64,000 nt of DNA from Planctomycetota bacterium (lineage in GTDB: Bacteria > Planctomycetota > JAJSAM01 > JAJVHW01), in the NCBI GenBank assembly GCA_965248445.1, contig CBDFJG010000002.1, positions 640,001-704,000 on the forward strand, given 5' to 3'. Positions 1 to 9,058 of the stretch are shown here, piece after piece (positions within the stretch are counted from its first letter, which is position 1; each line of letters opens with the position of its first letter). A model generated the notes under the pieces. It did no database searches. It was not told the origin of the DNA and saw only the letters and a list, made by a program, of their open reading frames with translations. The translations under genes were made by a program, and so were the position numbers.

Positions 1-307
1 GCTCGGCTCGGCCGCGACCGGCGTGCTCATCTCACACACGATGTGTGCGGCAACGAGGGGCCGCGCGGGTTCGGGGCACGCCACGGTGACCAGGCCCGCG
101 CCGCCGCGGCCGGCGCCGCGTGCGGCGAGGACCGCTGCGCCGGGGTACGTGAGTGATCCCGCGGCAACGAGCACGCGGCCCGCACTGCCCTTGTGGAGAT
201 CCACCGCCCGTGGCGGCATTACCGGCGGCGCAGTCACGCGCTCGATCCCGCCCATCCGTGCTCCTTTTGGGGCTCCTTCTGCGCTCCTACCCCGTCGCGA
301 GGGCCGT

Positions 308-1333
308 TCAGTCCCGCAGCGCCTCCACGATCGCATCCGGGAGCTCGACACGCACGCGTCCGATCTCCCTGCGTGCATGATTGCGCCGCAGACTGTCGTG
401 GTGGGGCGTGAGCGCGGCCCACGCCCGGTCGTCCAGGTGGCCGCCGGCCCGGAGCATCGCGAATCCTGCGCGATACGCTGCGGCAGAGTTGCCGTCTGCG
501 CACTTGACCGCCACTCCGACCGCGCGACCCCGGAGTCCGATGCACCAGAGTCCCTCGGCGCCGACCTTCGAGAGGATGCGCCGGCGGCTTGCGCGGAGCA
601 GATCCGTGTCCGCGCGTCCGGTCCCGCCGACCATCCACGGGGCGGCGGCCATCGCATCCGTGAGCCGGTCGAGCGCTGCGGCAAGATCATCGGGCGCGCC
701 GGCCTCCTGTGGTGCGGCGAGCGTCGCGAAGAGGCGCGCGGCGCCGGCGAGCGGCATCCCGAACACGGGCGCGCTGCACCCGTCCATCCCGATCCGGATC
801 GTGGGCGCGGCGACGCGGGAGCCCGCTGCGACGTTCGTGCGGATCATCTGTTGGAGTGGGTGATCGGGATCCACGTATCCCTCGGTGGGCCATCCCGCGG
901 CCACACACGCAGCAAGCATCCCGGCGTGCTTCCCGGAGCAGTTGTTGTGCAGCGGTGTGGGGGCGTCGTCCGCGGCGATGAGAGCCGCGGCACTGGCCGT
1001 GAAGACCGGCGGGTGCGGCCCGCAGTCGAGGGCAGCGGGCGTCAGCCCGGCGGCGGCCAGGATCTCGCCGGCGGCGCGCACGTGGCCCGGCTGGCCGGAG
1101 TGCGACGCGCAGGCCACCGCGAGGTGTCGCCGCGCCAGCCCGAAGCGGTCCGCCGCCCCGGTCAGGACACACGCGGTGGCTTGGAACGGTTTGGCCGACG
1201 AGCGGAGGTAGACCGGGGGCTGCTCCGCGACGGCAGTCGTCGTCGTGCCCGACGGGGTCCAGACGGCTGCACGCAGACTGTGTGACGCCTCGTCGAGGCC
1301 ACCCCTCTCGCGAACCACGAAGATCCCGTCCAT
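308..1333 (-). CDS. L-asparaginase II (Rhizobium AnsA-type)
   Basis: Motifs RSSAKPFQA, CASHSG, NNCSGKHAG and SKVGAEG. Probable start is the ATG at 1333 (MDGIFVVRERGG); the longer ORF runs through an intergenic repeat. Confidence 0.85.
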   Translation of the reverse strand: MDGIFVVRERGGLDEASHSLRAAVWTPSGTTTTAVAEQPPVYLRSSAKPFQATACVLTGAADRFGLARRHLAVACASHSGQPGHVRAAGEILAAAGLTPAALDCGPHPPVFTASAAALIAADDAPTPLHNNCSGKHAGMLAACVAAGWPTEGYVDPDHPLQQMIRTNVAAGSRVAAPTIRIGMDGCSAPVFGMPLAGAARLFATLAAPQEAGAPDDLAAALDRLTDAMAAAPWMVGGTGRADTDLLRASRRRILSKVGAEGLWCIGLRGRAVGVAVKCADGNSAAAYRAGFAMLRAGGHLDDRAWAALTPHHDSLRRNHARREIGRVRVELPDAIVEALRD

Positions 1334-1360
1334 GGCCACATGATCCACGGGGTGACCGAC

Positions 1361-1474
1361 GGCGCCGCACAGCGGCGTGAGGACTCTCCGGTGGAGAGTC
1401 CGAGAGGAGGGAACGCGAGCGTAGGCCTCCGGCCGGAGCGAGTGGAACTCACGTGCGAGCGTGGTGAACTCACC
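1361..1474 (+). repeat. Palindromic intergenic repeat, copy 1
   Basis: Hairpin GGACTCTCC-GGT-GGAGAGTCC (1381-1401), then the core gaacgcgagcg...cctccggccggagcgagtggaac...gtgcgagcgtgg.gaactcacc shared with the copies at 1968-2150 and 5021-5167. Confidence 0.85.
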
Positions 1475-1525
1475 CGTCCGCCCGGCCGTCCTCCGGTCCC
1501 TGCAGCGGAGGGGTAGACTCCGGGC

Positions 1526-1927
1526 ATGATCGAGGTCGTCCTCTCCCGCATCGTGATTCGCGAGACCAGCGATCAGCAGCGTGTCTACCTGCGCGAGAAG
1601 GACGGCACGCGCCAGTTCCCGATCGTGATCGGCATCCATGAGGCCGCGGCGATCGATCGCAAGGTCCGCGACCTGTCGCCGCCGCGCCCGATGACCCACG
1701 ACCTGATGGCCGGGGTGGTGGATGCCCTGGGCGCAAGGCTCGAGAAGATCGTCATCTCGGACCTGCGCCAGAACACGTTCTACGCCCGTCTCCACTTGGT
1801 CCGTGAGGGCACCGACGAGGCCGTGGAGGTCGATGCCCGCCCGAGCGACGCCATCGCCCTCTCGGTCCACCTGGACGCCCCGATCTACGTCGAAGAGACG
1901 GTGCTGGGAGACGTGCTCACGGGGTGA
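1526..1927 (+). CDS. Bifunctional nuclease family (DUF151) protein
   Basis: Motifs FPIVIGIHEA, PRPMTHDL, FYARL and DARPSDAIAL. Confidence 0.9.
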   Translation: MIEVVLSRIVIRETSDQQRVYLREKDGTRQFPIVIGIHEAAAIDRKVRDLSPPRPMTHDLMAGVVDALGARLEKIVISDLRQNTFYARLHLVREGTDEAVEVDARPSDAIALSVHLDAPIYVEETVLGDVLTG

Positions 1928-1967
1928 GCGAGGGTGCCGCCCCGCCGGACGGCGGGGCGGCAGACCA

Positions 1968-2150
1968 ACTCTCCGGTGGAGAGTTGGTCACGAGCGAACG
2001 CGAGCGCAGACCTCCGGCCGGAGCGAGTGGAACCCACGTGCGAGCGTGGAGAACTCACCGAGCGCGGCCCGGCAGTTGGTCACGAGCGAACGCGAGCGCC
2101 GGCCTCCGGCCGGAGCGAGTGGACCCAAGTGCGAGCGTGGAGAACTCACC
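1968..2150 (+). repeat. Palindromic intergenic repeat, two tandem cores (copies 2 and 3)
   Basis: gttggtcacgagcgaacgcgagcgc...cctccggccggagcgagtgga...gtgcgagcgtggagaactcacc occurs at about 1983-2059 and again at about 2075-2150. Confidence 0.85.
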
Positions 2151-2189
2151 AAACCCTCCTCATGACGAGCCTCCTGCCTCCTGCGGAGG

Positions 2190-4763
2190 GTGCTAGCCTC
2201 GCCGGGTGCCGGGTCGCCTCGGCAGCGGAACGGCCCACGTTTGCCCCACCCAACCCCACCAACCCACGCCCTCCTCGTCGCCGACGTCGTCGATAGCACC
2301 AAGCTCGCCGAGGACCTCGGCGACGCGAAAGTCGCCGAACTCTGGGCCGCGCACGACCGCGTAGCGCGTGACCTGCTCGCCACGCACAAGGGACGCGAGA
2401 TCGACAAGACCGACGGCTTCCTGCTCTTGTTCGACGAAGCCAAGGACGCTGTTGCCTATGCCCTTGCGTATCACGCCGCGCTGAAGGGCCTCGCCCTCCG
2501 CGCACGAGCCGGCTTGCACGTCGGCGAGGTCGTGCTGCGCGAGAACAGCCCAGCCGACATCGCGCGCGGCGCCAAGCCGCTCGAGGTCGAGGGCATCGCC
2601 AAGCCGACTGCCGCGCGCGTGATGTCCGTCGCGCAGGGCGGCCAGACGCTGCTCAGTCCGGAGGCGCGCGACGCGCTGGGCGACGTCGAGTTGCGCATCG
2701 AGTCCCACGGGCATTGGCGGATGAAGGGGATCTCCGAACCCATCGAGTTGTTCGAGGCAGGCGATGCGGACGCACCGTTCACGCCGCCGCCCGACGGCGC
2801 GAAGGTCTACCGCGTGGTGCGACAGGGTGACCTCTGGCTGCCGGTCAAGGAGGTCAAGCACAGCCTGCCGCGCGAGCGCGACGCGTTCGTCGGGCGCGAG
2901 GAGGACCTGCACGCGTTGGCCGGACTACTGGAGCAGGGCGCGGCGCTCGTGTGCGTGCTCGGCATCGGCGGCACGGGCAAGACACGGTTGGTCACGCACT
3001 TCGGTTGGACGTGGCTCGGCGATTGGCCCGGTGGCGTGTGGTTCTGCGACCTCAGCGAAGCCCGCTCGGCGGACGGCATTGCGTACGCCGTGGCAACAGC
3101 GCTGGACGTACCGCTCGGCAAGCAGCCGGTTGTGCAACTCGGTCACGCGATCGCGGCCCGCGGGCGTTGCCTGGTGATCCTCGACAACTTCGAGCAGGTC
3201 GCGCGTCACGCGCAAGAGACGCTCGGCAAGTGGCTTGACCGCGCGGCGGACGCGCAGTTCGTGGTGACGACGCGCGAGGTGTTGGGTCTGCGCGGAGAGA
3301 CCGCACTCGCGCTGGCGCCGTTGGAAGAGCGCGAGGGCGTGGCACTCTTCGTGGCGCGCGCGCATCAGGCCAAGCGCGACTTCGTCGCCGACGATCCCGC
3401 ATCCATCGAAGCGCTGGTGACACTGCTCGACGGGCTGCCGCTGGCCATCGAGCTGGCCGCCGCGCGCGTGCGCCTGATACCGCCCAAGACGCTGCTCGCG
3501 CGCATGAGCCAGCGCTTCAAGCTCTTGACGTCCTCGGGCGGACGCCGCGATCGCCAAGCGACCTTGCGCGGTGCGCTCGACTGGTCGTGGGATCTCTTGT
3601 CGGAAGACGAACAGGCGTCGCTGGCACAGGTGTCTGTGTTCGAGGGCGGCTTCACGCTGGAGGCCGCTGCGGCGGTGCTCGATCTCGAGGAGCTGTGGCC
3701 CGAGGACGCCGTGCAGGCGCTGCTGGACAAGTCGCTCCTGCGTCGCGTCTCCGACGAGCGCTTAGATCTGCTGGTGAGCGTGCAGGAGTACGCCGCAGAG
3801 AAACTCGACGGACTCGGACAGCGTAGGGCGGCGGAGTCGCGGCACGGCGCGTGGTGTGCGGGCTTCGGCGGCGAGGAGGCGCTTTCATCGCTCGGCGTCC
3901 ACGGCGGCGTGGCGCGCCGCTGGGCGCTCTCGGCCGAGCTCGGCAACCTGGTGGCGGCGACGCGCCGCGCCGTCGCGCGGTCGGACAGCGAGACAGCGGC
4001 GGCCACGCTGAACGCCGCGTGGGTACTGCTGAGACTGCGCGGGCCCTACGTGGTGGCGGTGGACCTGGCGTCGGCGGCCCTCGCGCTCCCGGACCTCGCG
4101 CTGTCCACCCGCGCCGCGCTGGCGACGGCGCTGGGCCAGGCGCTGGCCGTGTCGGGCCGCGCGACTGAGGCGCGGGCGCACTTCGAGCAGGCGCTCGAGA
4201 CCCACCGCGAAGTCGGCGATCGCGGCGCCGAGCGCAACGTGCTGGGCAACCTGGGCTCCCTGCACTGGTCCCAAGGCCGCGTGGTCGAGGCGCGCGCGCA
4301 CTACGAGCAGGCGCTCGCGATCGCGCGCGAGGTCGGCAACCGCCGGTCCGAGGGCAAGGCCCTGGGCAACCTGGGCGCCCTGCACTATTCCCAAGGCCGC
4401 ATGGACGAGGCGCGGGCGCACTACGAGCAGGCGCTCGCGATCCACCGCGAGGTCGGCAACCGCGGCTTCGAGGGCCACGTGCTGGGCAGCCTGGGCGGCC
4501 TGCACCACGCCCAAGGCCGACACGACGAGGCGCGGGCGGAATACGTAGCCGGCGAGGCACTGCTCCGGGCCGTTGAGAACGCCGACGAACTGGGCAAGCT
4601 GCTCTGCGGCCGGGCACAGCTGGAACACGCCGAAGGCCACGCGCAGGCGGCCCGGGCCGCGCTAACCGAGGCCGAGGCGCTGGCCGTGCAGGTCGGCGCT
4701 GGCGAAGGGAGCGAGCTCGCAGAAGAGCTCGCCAAGGCGCGCTCCGCGCTGGAGACGCCGTGA
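2190..4763 (+). CDS. Class III nucleotidyl cyclase - STAND/NB-ARC ATPase - TPR protein (NLR-like)
   Basis: Cyclase motifs DVVDST, KTDG, RAGLHVGEV and AARV; Walker A GIGGTGKT; Walker B LVILDNFEQ; GLPLAIELAA; C-terminal EARAHYEQAL TPRs. Start codon uncertain. Confidence 0.88.
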   Translation: MLASPGAGSPRQRNGPRLPHPTPPTHALLVADVVDSTKLAEDLGDAKVAELWAAHDRVARDLLATHKGREIDKTDGFLLLFDEAKDAVAYALAYHAALKGLALRARAGLHVGEVVLRENSPADIARGAKPLEVEGIAKPTAARVMSVAQGGQTLLSPEARDALGDVELRIESHGHWRMKGISEPIELFEAGDADAPFTPPPDGAKVYRVVRQGDLWLPVKEVKHSLPRERDAFVGREEDLHALAGLLEQGAALVCVLGIGGTGKTRLVTHFGWTWLGDWPGGVWFCDLSEARSADGIAYAVATALDVPLGKQPVVQLGHAIAARGRCLVILDNFEQVARHAQETLGKWLDRAADAQFVVTTREVLGLRGETALALAPLEEREGVALFVARAHQAKRDFVADDPASIEALVTLLDGLPLAIELAAARVRLIPPKTLLARMSQRFKLLTSSGGRRDRQATLRGALDWSWDLLSEDEQASLAQVSVFEGGFTLEAAAAVLDLEELWPEDAVQALLDKSLLRRVSDERLDLLVSVQEYAAEKLDGLGQRRAAESRHGAWCAGFGGEEALSSLGVHGGVARRWALSAELGNLVAATRRAVARSDSETAAATLNAAWVLLRLRGPYVVAVDLASAALALPDLALSTRAALATALGQALAVSGRATEARAHFEQALETHREVGDRGAERNVLGNLGSLHWSQGRVVEARAHYEQALAIAREVGNRRSEGKALGNLGALHYSQGRMDEARAHYEQALAIHREVGNRGFEGHVLGSLGGLHHAQGRHDEARAEYVAGEALLRAVENADELGKLLCGRAQLEHAEGHAQAARAALTEAEALAVQVGAGEGSELAEELAKARSALETP
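4167..4538 (+). repeat. 120-bp tandem TPR-coding repeats
   Basis: gaggcgcg(g/c)gcg recurs at 4167, 4287, 4407 and 4527, with high DNA identity between units. Confidence 0.85.
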
Positions 4764-4830
4764 GCACCAACGCCCTGCTCGTCACCGACGTCGACAGCAC
4801 CAAACTCGCCGAGGACGTTGGCGACGCGAA
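4760..4830 (+). pseudogene. Truncated 5' fragment of a paralogous cyclase-STAND gene
   Basis: MSTNALLVTDVDSTKLAEDVGDA matches THALLVADVVDSTKLAEDLGDA at about 2262-2330. Its GTG overlaps the upstream TGA. Confidence 0.75.
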
Positions 4831-4866
4831 TGCCGGAGTGCCTCAGTCGTGCGATTCACGTGTGGG

Positions 4867-4951
4867 CGGAGGGGTGGGGATTCGAACCCCAGGTAGCTTG
4901 CGCTACGACGATTTTCAAAACCGTTCCTTTCGACCGCTCAGGCACCCCTCC
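4867..4951 (-). tRNA. tRNA-Ser(TGA)
   Basis: Minus strand reads GGAGGGGTGCCTGAGCGGTCGAAAGGAACGGT-TTTGAAA-ATCGT, then a long variable arm and GGGGTTCGAATCCCC-ACCCCTCCG. Confidence 0.93.
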
Positions 4952-5020
4952 GCCGTCGTGGCCACCATGACACGAGGGCGGGCGCGCGGACGCAACGAGT
5001 GAGTGGGGGGAGTTCGCTTG

Positions 5021-5167
5021 GTTCTCCACGCGCCGACGCGGGTTCCACTCGCTCCGGCCGGATGCCTGCGCTCGCGTTCGCCCTCCGCGTCGGCCTGCGG
5101 CCTCCGCTCCGCGTTCGCTCCTCTCGGACTCTCCACAGGAGAGTCCTCACGCCGCTGCGCGGCGCCG
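5021..5167 (-). repeat. Palindromic intergenic repeat, inverted copy 4
   Basis: The reverse complement reproduces ggcgccgc.cagcggcgtgaggactctcc.gtggagagtccgagaggag...tccggccggagcgagtggaacc of copy 1, with an internal insertion. Confidence 0.85.
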
Positions 5168-5302
5168 TTGCTCACCGTCTCGGACCCTCCGCAGGAGGCT
5201 CCTCGTGCCGCTTCGCGGCACCCTCACTCACCCCTCCGCCAGCAATCGACTCGGCGTCGCGATCAGCGGTTGCGCCGCGGGACCCTCACTCGCTCGTGTC
5301 GC

Positions 5303-8095
5303 TCAGCGCTTCTCGCGGACTTGGATGAACTTGCCGTCATTGCGTTCTGCCATGCCGCGGAGCAGCACTGGATCGATGCTGTTTCCGAACGCAATGACGT
5401 GAGTGCGCACTCGTGCGTATCGATTGAGTGCCGTGTACCACTCGAGGAGCGTGTCCGCGTCCGTCATCTCGCCGCGCGTGGGCTTGCCATCCGTCAGGAA
5501 CGTGATCGTGTCCGGGGTGCTCTTGAAGTTCGGGGAGGCGTCTACCGTCTTGCCCACGTCGAGTGCGGCGCGCAGAGCACCGTAGTAGTTCGTCTCGCCG
5601 TTGGCCGGAAGGCTGCGCAGGAAGCCCTTTGCCTTGTTGACGTTCGCAGAACTCGCGGGAATCGGGTTCTTGTTCATCGATCGAATGGTTGTGCCGAACG
5701 CGATGATGTTGAAGTGCGAGCGTGGGTCGAGTGAGAGCAGCGAATAGGCGATCTGCTCCTTGCAGATCGTGATCGAGTTCTTGGCGGCGTAGTTTCGCGG
5801 GTTGCCCTTCTCGTCGTTGCCGAGGACACGGACGGCTTCGGAATCCGGATCGAATCGCTGCGCCATCGAGCCGGATGTGTCGATGACGTATCCGAGTCGC
5901 GCCGAGTAGATCTCGATGCCGTAGTACTCGGGCCGCGCGTAGCGGTCGTCGGGATCCGGGCCGCTCTCCCCGGGCTTTCCGTCGCCGGTCGGTTCGTCGG
6001 GCCGTTTGGGCATGCCGCCTGGCGCGTTGGATTTCTCGCGGTCCCACCACTCGCGCCAGAACTTCGGATCGCGGCCGAGGTCGTCGCGCGTGATCTCCTT
6101 CAGCGCGCCGTAGAGGTCGCCGCGCACGCGTCCGGACTCGACTTCCATGCGGGAGATCAGATCCTCGACCGCCTCCATGCTGCCGATCTTGCCGAGGGCC
6201 TGGCACGCGGTTACCCGCAGTTGCCACTGCGGTGACTTCAGGTGTTTCACGATCAGCGGGACGGCCATATGGGCCTCCTCGCCGAACATCGCCAGGGCGT
6301 CCATCGCGGCGACGCGCGCCTTCTCGGCGGGATCCTTGATCATGGTGCGGAGCGCGGACATCGACTCCGCGTCCTGCATCCGGCCGATGGCGACCGCGGC
6401 CTCCGAGCGGGCGTACCAGTTCTTGTCTTCGAGTTGCTCGCGCAGTTTTGGGAGCGCGTACTCAAGCTGTTGGCGGCCGCAGATGCGCGCGATGTACGCG
6501 CGCGACATCGCGTTCTTGTGTCCGAGGCCGTACGGCCACATCGCTTCCTGGACTTCTGTGTCTTTGACCTTGAGGAGCGTGATGACGATCGTCTCGCGCA
6601 CGAGTTCGCTGTTGATCTTGAGCAGATCGATCACGACCCGGACCGTCCGCTCGTCGGTGACCGTGCCGAGGCCGCGGACGAGTGCCGCCAGCTTGGCGGG
6701 TTCCCGCTGGGCCTTTAGCTTGCGCCGTTCGCGGGCGCCGGGCGTGTCGTTGCCCTCGAAGTCGTCCTCGACGAGCCCTGGGGCGAGGCTCTTGCGCCTG
6801 CCGAGGAGGCGGTTTTCCCAGCGCTCGTGGAAGATCTCCGGAGTGCAGTTCAGGTGCTGCATGAAGGTGTCGCGCGGCGCCTTCTCTCGGCGCAGGTCAG
6901 CCAGTACGCGCACCCACTCTTGGCGCCATTCCCGCAGCGCAAGGTGCATGTAGCTCCATGAACGCTTGTGGTCGTTGAGTTGCAACTGCCCGGACGCGGA
7001 CTTGCCGAATAACTCCTCGATGGGCGCGTACTTGCCGCTTTTCGCGCGCTTGGCGCAATCCCTCTCCCAGTCGTCGCCGCTGTCCGTCAGGGCCGCTGTC
7101 TCGTTGCCGCAGAAAGTGGCGTCGTCGCGGAAGCGGCTCTGCAGCCTGCTGAGCCAGTGAGCCACTCCCACGAAGAGCCACGGAGGTAGCGCTCGGCTGT
7201 TCGGATCGGTCACTACCCAGCTGGCGATGAGCAAGTGGCCGATCATGTGGCGGACGGCCATGTGGATCCGGTGATCGTCGTTGCCGCGCTTTTGCAGATC
7301 CTCGCAGAACACGCCACCGCCGCCGCCGTAGCGGAGGTTGGTCTTCGGGGAGCCAAGGTACTCCGCCTGGACCCTTGTCGCGGCGCGCGGCTTGGCCGGG
7401 AGGTACATGCGCAGCCGACTGTTGACCTGCAGCCCACTCCCGAAGTGGTCGATGAACTCGCGGCGCGCGTACTCGGCGCGCTCCACCATCAGGTGCGCCC
7501 ACTCGTGCGGACTGGCGATGCGGTAGCTGCCGCCGCCCTTCTTCTTCACCTTGAGGGGCTTGGGATCAGTGCAGATGTAGAAGTTCTTGTTGAACGCGAC
7601 GATCACCTTCTTGGGCTTCTTGAAGAACTTCTGCTCCCGCGCCAGGTGTTCGCGGACCTTCTGCTTGTTGGCGTCGCTGAAGTGGTTCTCGCCGCCTTCC
7701 CCGCAGTCGGGACAGTTCGCCGCGCCCTTGTTGGGGCAGCAGTCGTCGTCCTCGACGCACTCACTGCACGTGATGCCCCACGCGACGGCGTGCCGCTTCA
7801 AGTAACAGCCCATGCGCGAGCTGGTGAAGCAGGTCGCGGCCATGTTCTCGGGCACCGTGCGGCCGTCGTGCTCGCTGAACGTGCGGCACTTGTGGCACCA
7901 GCACGGATCCTCGGTGGCGCCCTTGGGGTTGCGCAGGAAGTGCTGGCAGGCGCCGTACGCGCCGTCTTCGCAGAGGCACTCCTTGTTGCGCTCCTCCTTG
8001 GGCTCGTCGTCCGCGTGGGACGATGCCGGAGCCAGGAGGAACAGGCAGGCCGCCGCCGTCAGCGTCAGGAGCGCGCGGCGGAGCTGGCGTCGCAT
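5303..8095 (-). CDS. Exported Cys-rich / peptidase-MA-like / HEAT-repeat / VWA multidomain protein
   Basis: Signal peptide, Cys-rich N-terminus, HEWAH, HEAT repeats (WYARSEAAVAIG, WQLRVTACQALG) and VWA MIDAS DTSGS...LTDG. Confidence 0.85.
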   Translation of the reverse strand: MRRQLRRALLTLTAAACLFLLAPASSHADDEPKEERNKECLCEDGAYGACQHFLRNPKGATEDPCWCHKCRTFSEHDGRTVPENMAATCFTSSRMGCYLKRHAVAWGITCSECVEDDDCCPNKGAANCPDCGEGGENHFSDANKQKVREHLAREQKFFKKPKKVIVAFNKNFYICTDPKPLKVKKKGGGSYRIASPHEWAHLMVERAEYARREFIDHFGSGLQVNSRLRMYLPAKPRAATRVQAEYLGSPKTNLRYGGGGGVFCEDLQKRGNDDHRIHMAVRHMIGHLLIASWVVTDPNSRALPPWLFVGVAHWLSRLQSRFRDDATFCGNETAALTDSGDDWERDCAKRAKSGKYAPIEELFGKSASGQLQLNDHKRSWSYMHLALREWRQEWVRVLADLRREKAPRDTFMQHLNCTPEIFHERWENRLLGRRKSLAPGLVEDDFEGNDTPGARERRKLKAQREPAKLAALVRGLGTVTDERTVRVVIDLLKINSELVRETIVITLLKVKDTEVQEAMWPYGLGHKNAMSRAYIARICGRQQLEYALPKLREQLEDKNWYARSEAAVAIGRMQDAESMSALRTMIKDPAEKARVAAMDALAMFGEEAHMAVPLIVKHLKSPQWQLRVTACQALGKIGSMEAVEDLISRMEVESGRVRGDLYGALKEITRDDLGRDPKFWREWWDREKSNAPGGMPKRPDEPTGDGKPGESGPDPDDRYARPEYYGIEIYSARLGYVIDTSGSMAQRFDPDSEAVRVLGNDEKGNPRNYAAKNSITICKEQIAYSLLSLDPRSHFNIIAFGTTIRSMNKNPIPASSANVNKAKGFLRSLPANGETNYYGALRAALDVGKTVDASPNFKSTPDTITFLTDGKPTRGEMTDADTLLEWYTALNRYARVRTHVIAFGNSIDPVLLRGMAERNDGKFIQVREKR

Positions 8096-8214
8096 CAAGA
8101 GATGATCCTCCGAGAGGCACGCGCCGTCAAAGCACGCGCGATGGACCCCGCTGTCCCGCCTCTACCTGACGCTGGCCGCGTCATCTGCGTTCCGCGCGCA
8201 GCCCGCCTCGCGGG

Positions 8215-8406
8215 TCAGACGCCGTACCGCTTCCGGGCCGCGTCGAGGCGGCTGATCTGGGTGGAGGACGACCGCGTGCGGTGCGCCTTGCACGTCAGCG
8301 TGTCCTTCTCGGTGGGCTCGCCGCAGGGGCGCCCCTCGAGGTTGTCGTAGACGGGGCAGGGGATGCTGTCGTCATCCTCGGGTTCGACCGTTTCGGGCTC
8401 CGCCAT
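8215..8406 (-). CDS. Small hypothetical protein, possibly zinc-binding
   Basis: 63-aa ORF with typical codon usage and a C-x10-C-x10-C-x2-H pattern. Confidence 0.5.
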   Translation of the reverse strand: MAEPETVEPEDDDSIPCPVYDNLEGRPCGEPTEKDTLTCKAHRTRSSSTQISRLDAARKRYGV

Positions 8407-8565
8407 GGATCGAGACTAGCACACCTCGGGAGGCGGGCTCCCCGCGCCGGTCCCGCGCCCTCCTGCGGTCCTCTTGGCTCCCTCCGGGGGGCGCTGGTAG
8501 GTTGCGCGGCCCGCAGGCGGGAGGGGCCGGATCGGCGACCAACCCCTGCGGGCGACCGACCGCGC

Positions 8566-8657
8566 GGAGAGATGGCTGAGTGGTCGAAAGCGCCGCATTG
8601 CTAATGCGGTGTGCCGGTCAAACGGCACCTCGGGTTCGAATCCCGATCTCTCCGCCA
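8566..8657 (+). tRNA. tRNA-Ser(GCT)
   Basis: GGAGAGATGGCTGAGTGGTCGAAAGCG-CCGCA-TTGCTAA-TGCGG, long variable arm, GGGTTCGAATCCC, ends in CCA. Confidence 0.95.
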
Positions 8658-8687
8658 TCGGGCCGCCGGGACGGCGGCGGCCCGATC
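8657..8687 (+). terminator. GC-rich hairpin after tRNA-Ser
   Basis: Inverted repeat atcgggccgccg / cggcggcccgat; no clear U-tract. Confidence 0.5.
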
Positions 8688-9058
8688 GGCTACGCGATGG
8701 TGGGATCCGACCACATCGTCTCGTCGGGACTCGTATGGCTCTCAACGTCGGCAGCGGGAGGCCGCCAGGCGGGCGACGCGAGATACAGAAATCGTCGTTA
8801 GCCGCAGGAGGCTGCCAACCGGCCCGCGGGATCCGCGCTCTGACCGCCCGAACTTCCCACATTGAGATGCTCCGAGCGGCGGAGGGCGTCTCGATCTGAG
8901 AGACGGCCCGCGATGGTCGACGGCAGGAGGCGGGCGGGACGCGCGATGTGTCCCCGCCGACCCCTGCGGTGGCTAAGGCCACCCCGTACCCGCTACCGAT
9001 CGACGGGGGGCAGACCGGACTGCGCAGACTCCGTAGTCAATTCCGAAGAACGGACCTC

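Noticed and set aside
1..30. Possible gene start on the minus strand (MSTPVAAEPS)
   Set aside because: Too little sequence in the window to support a call.
1361..2150. Repeats as a CRISPR array or c-di-GMP riboswitch
   Set aside because: Units are 75-150 bp, dispersed and without unique spacers, and there are no cas genes. The GCCTCCGGCC similarity to the GEMM motif lacks the rest of that structure.
5229..5240. CACCCCTCCGCC resembling the tRNA-Ser end as an att duplicate
   Set aside because: Only 12 bp, on the upstream side of the tRNA, with no integrase nearby.
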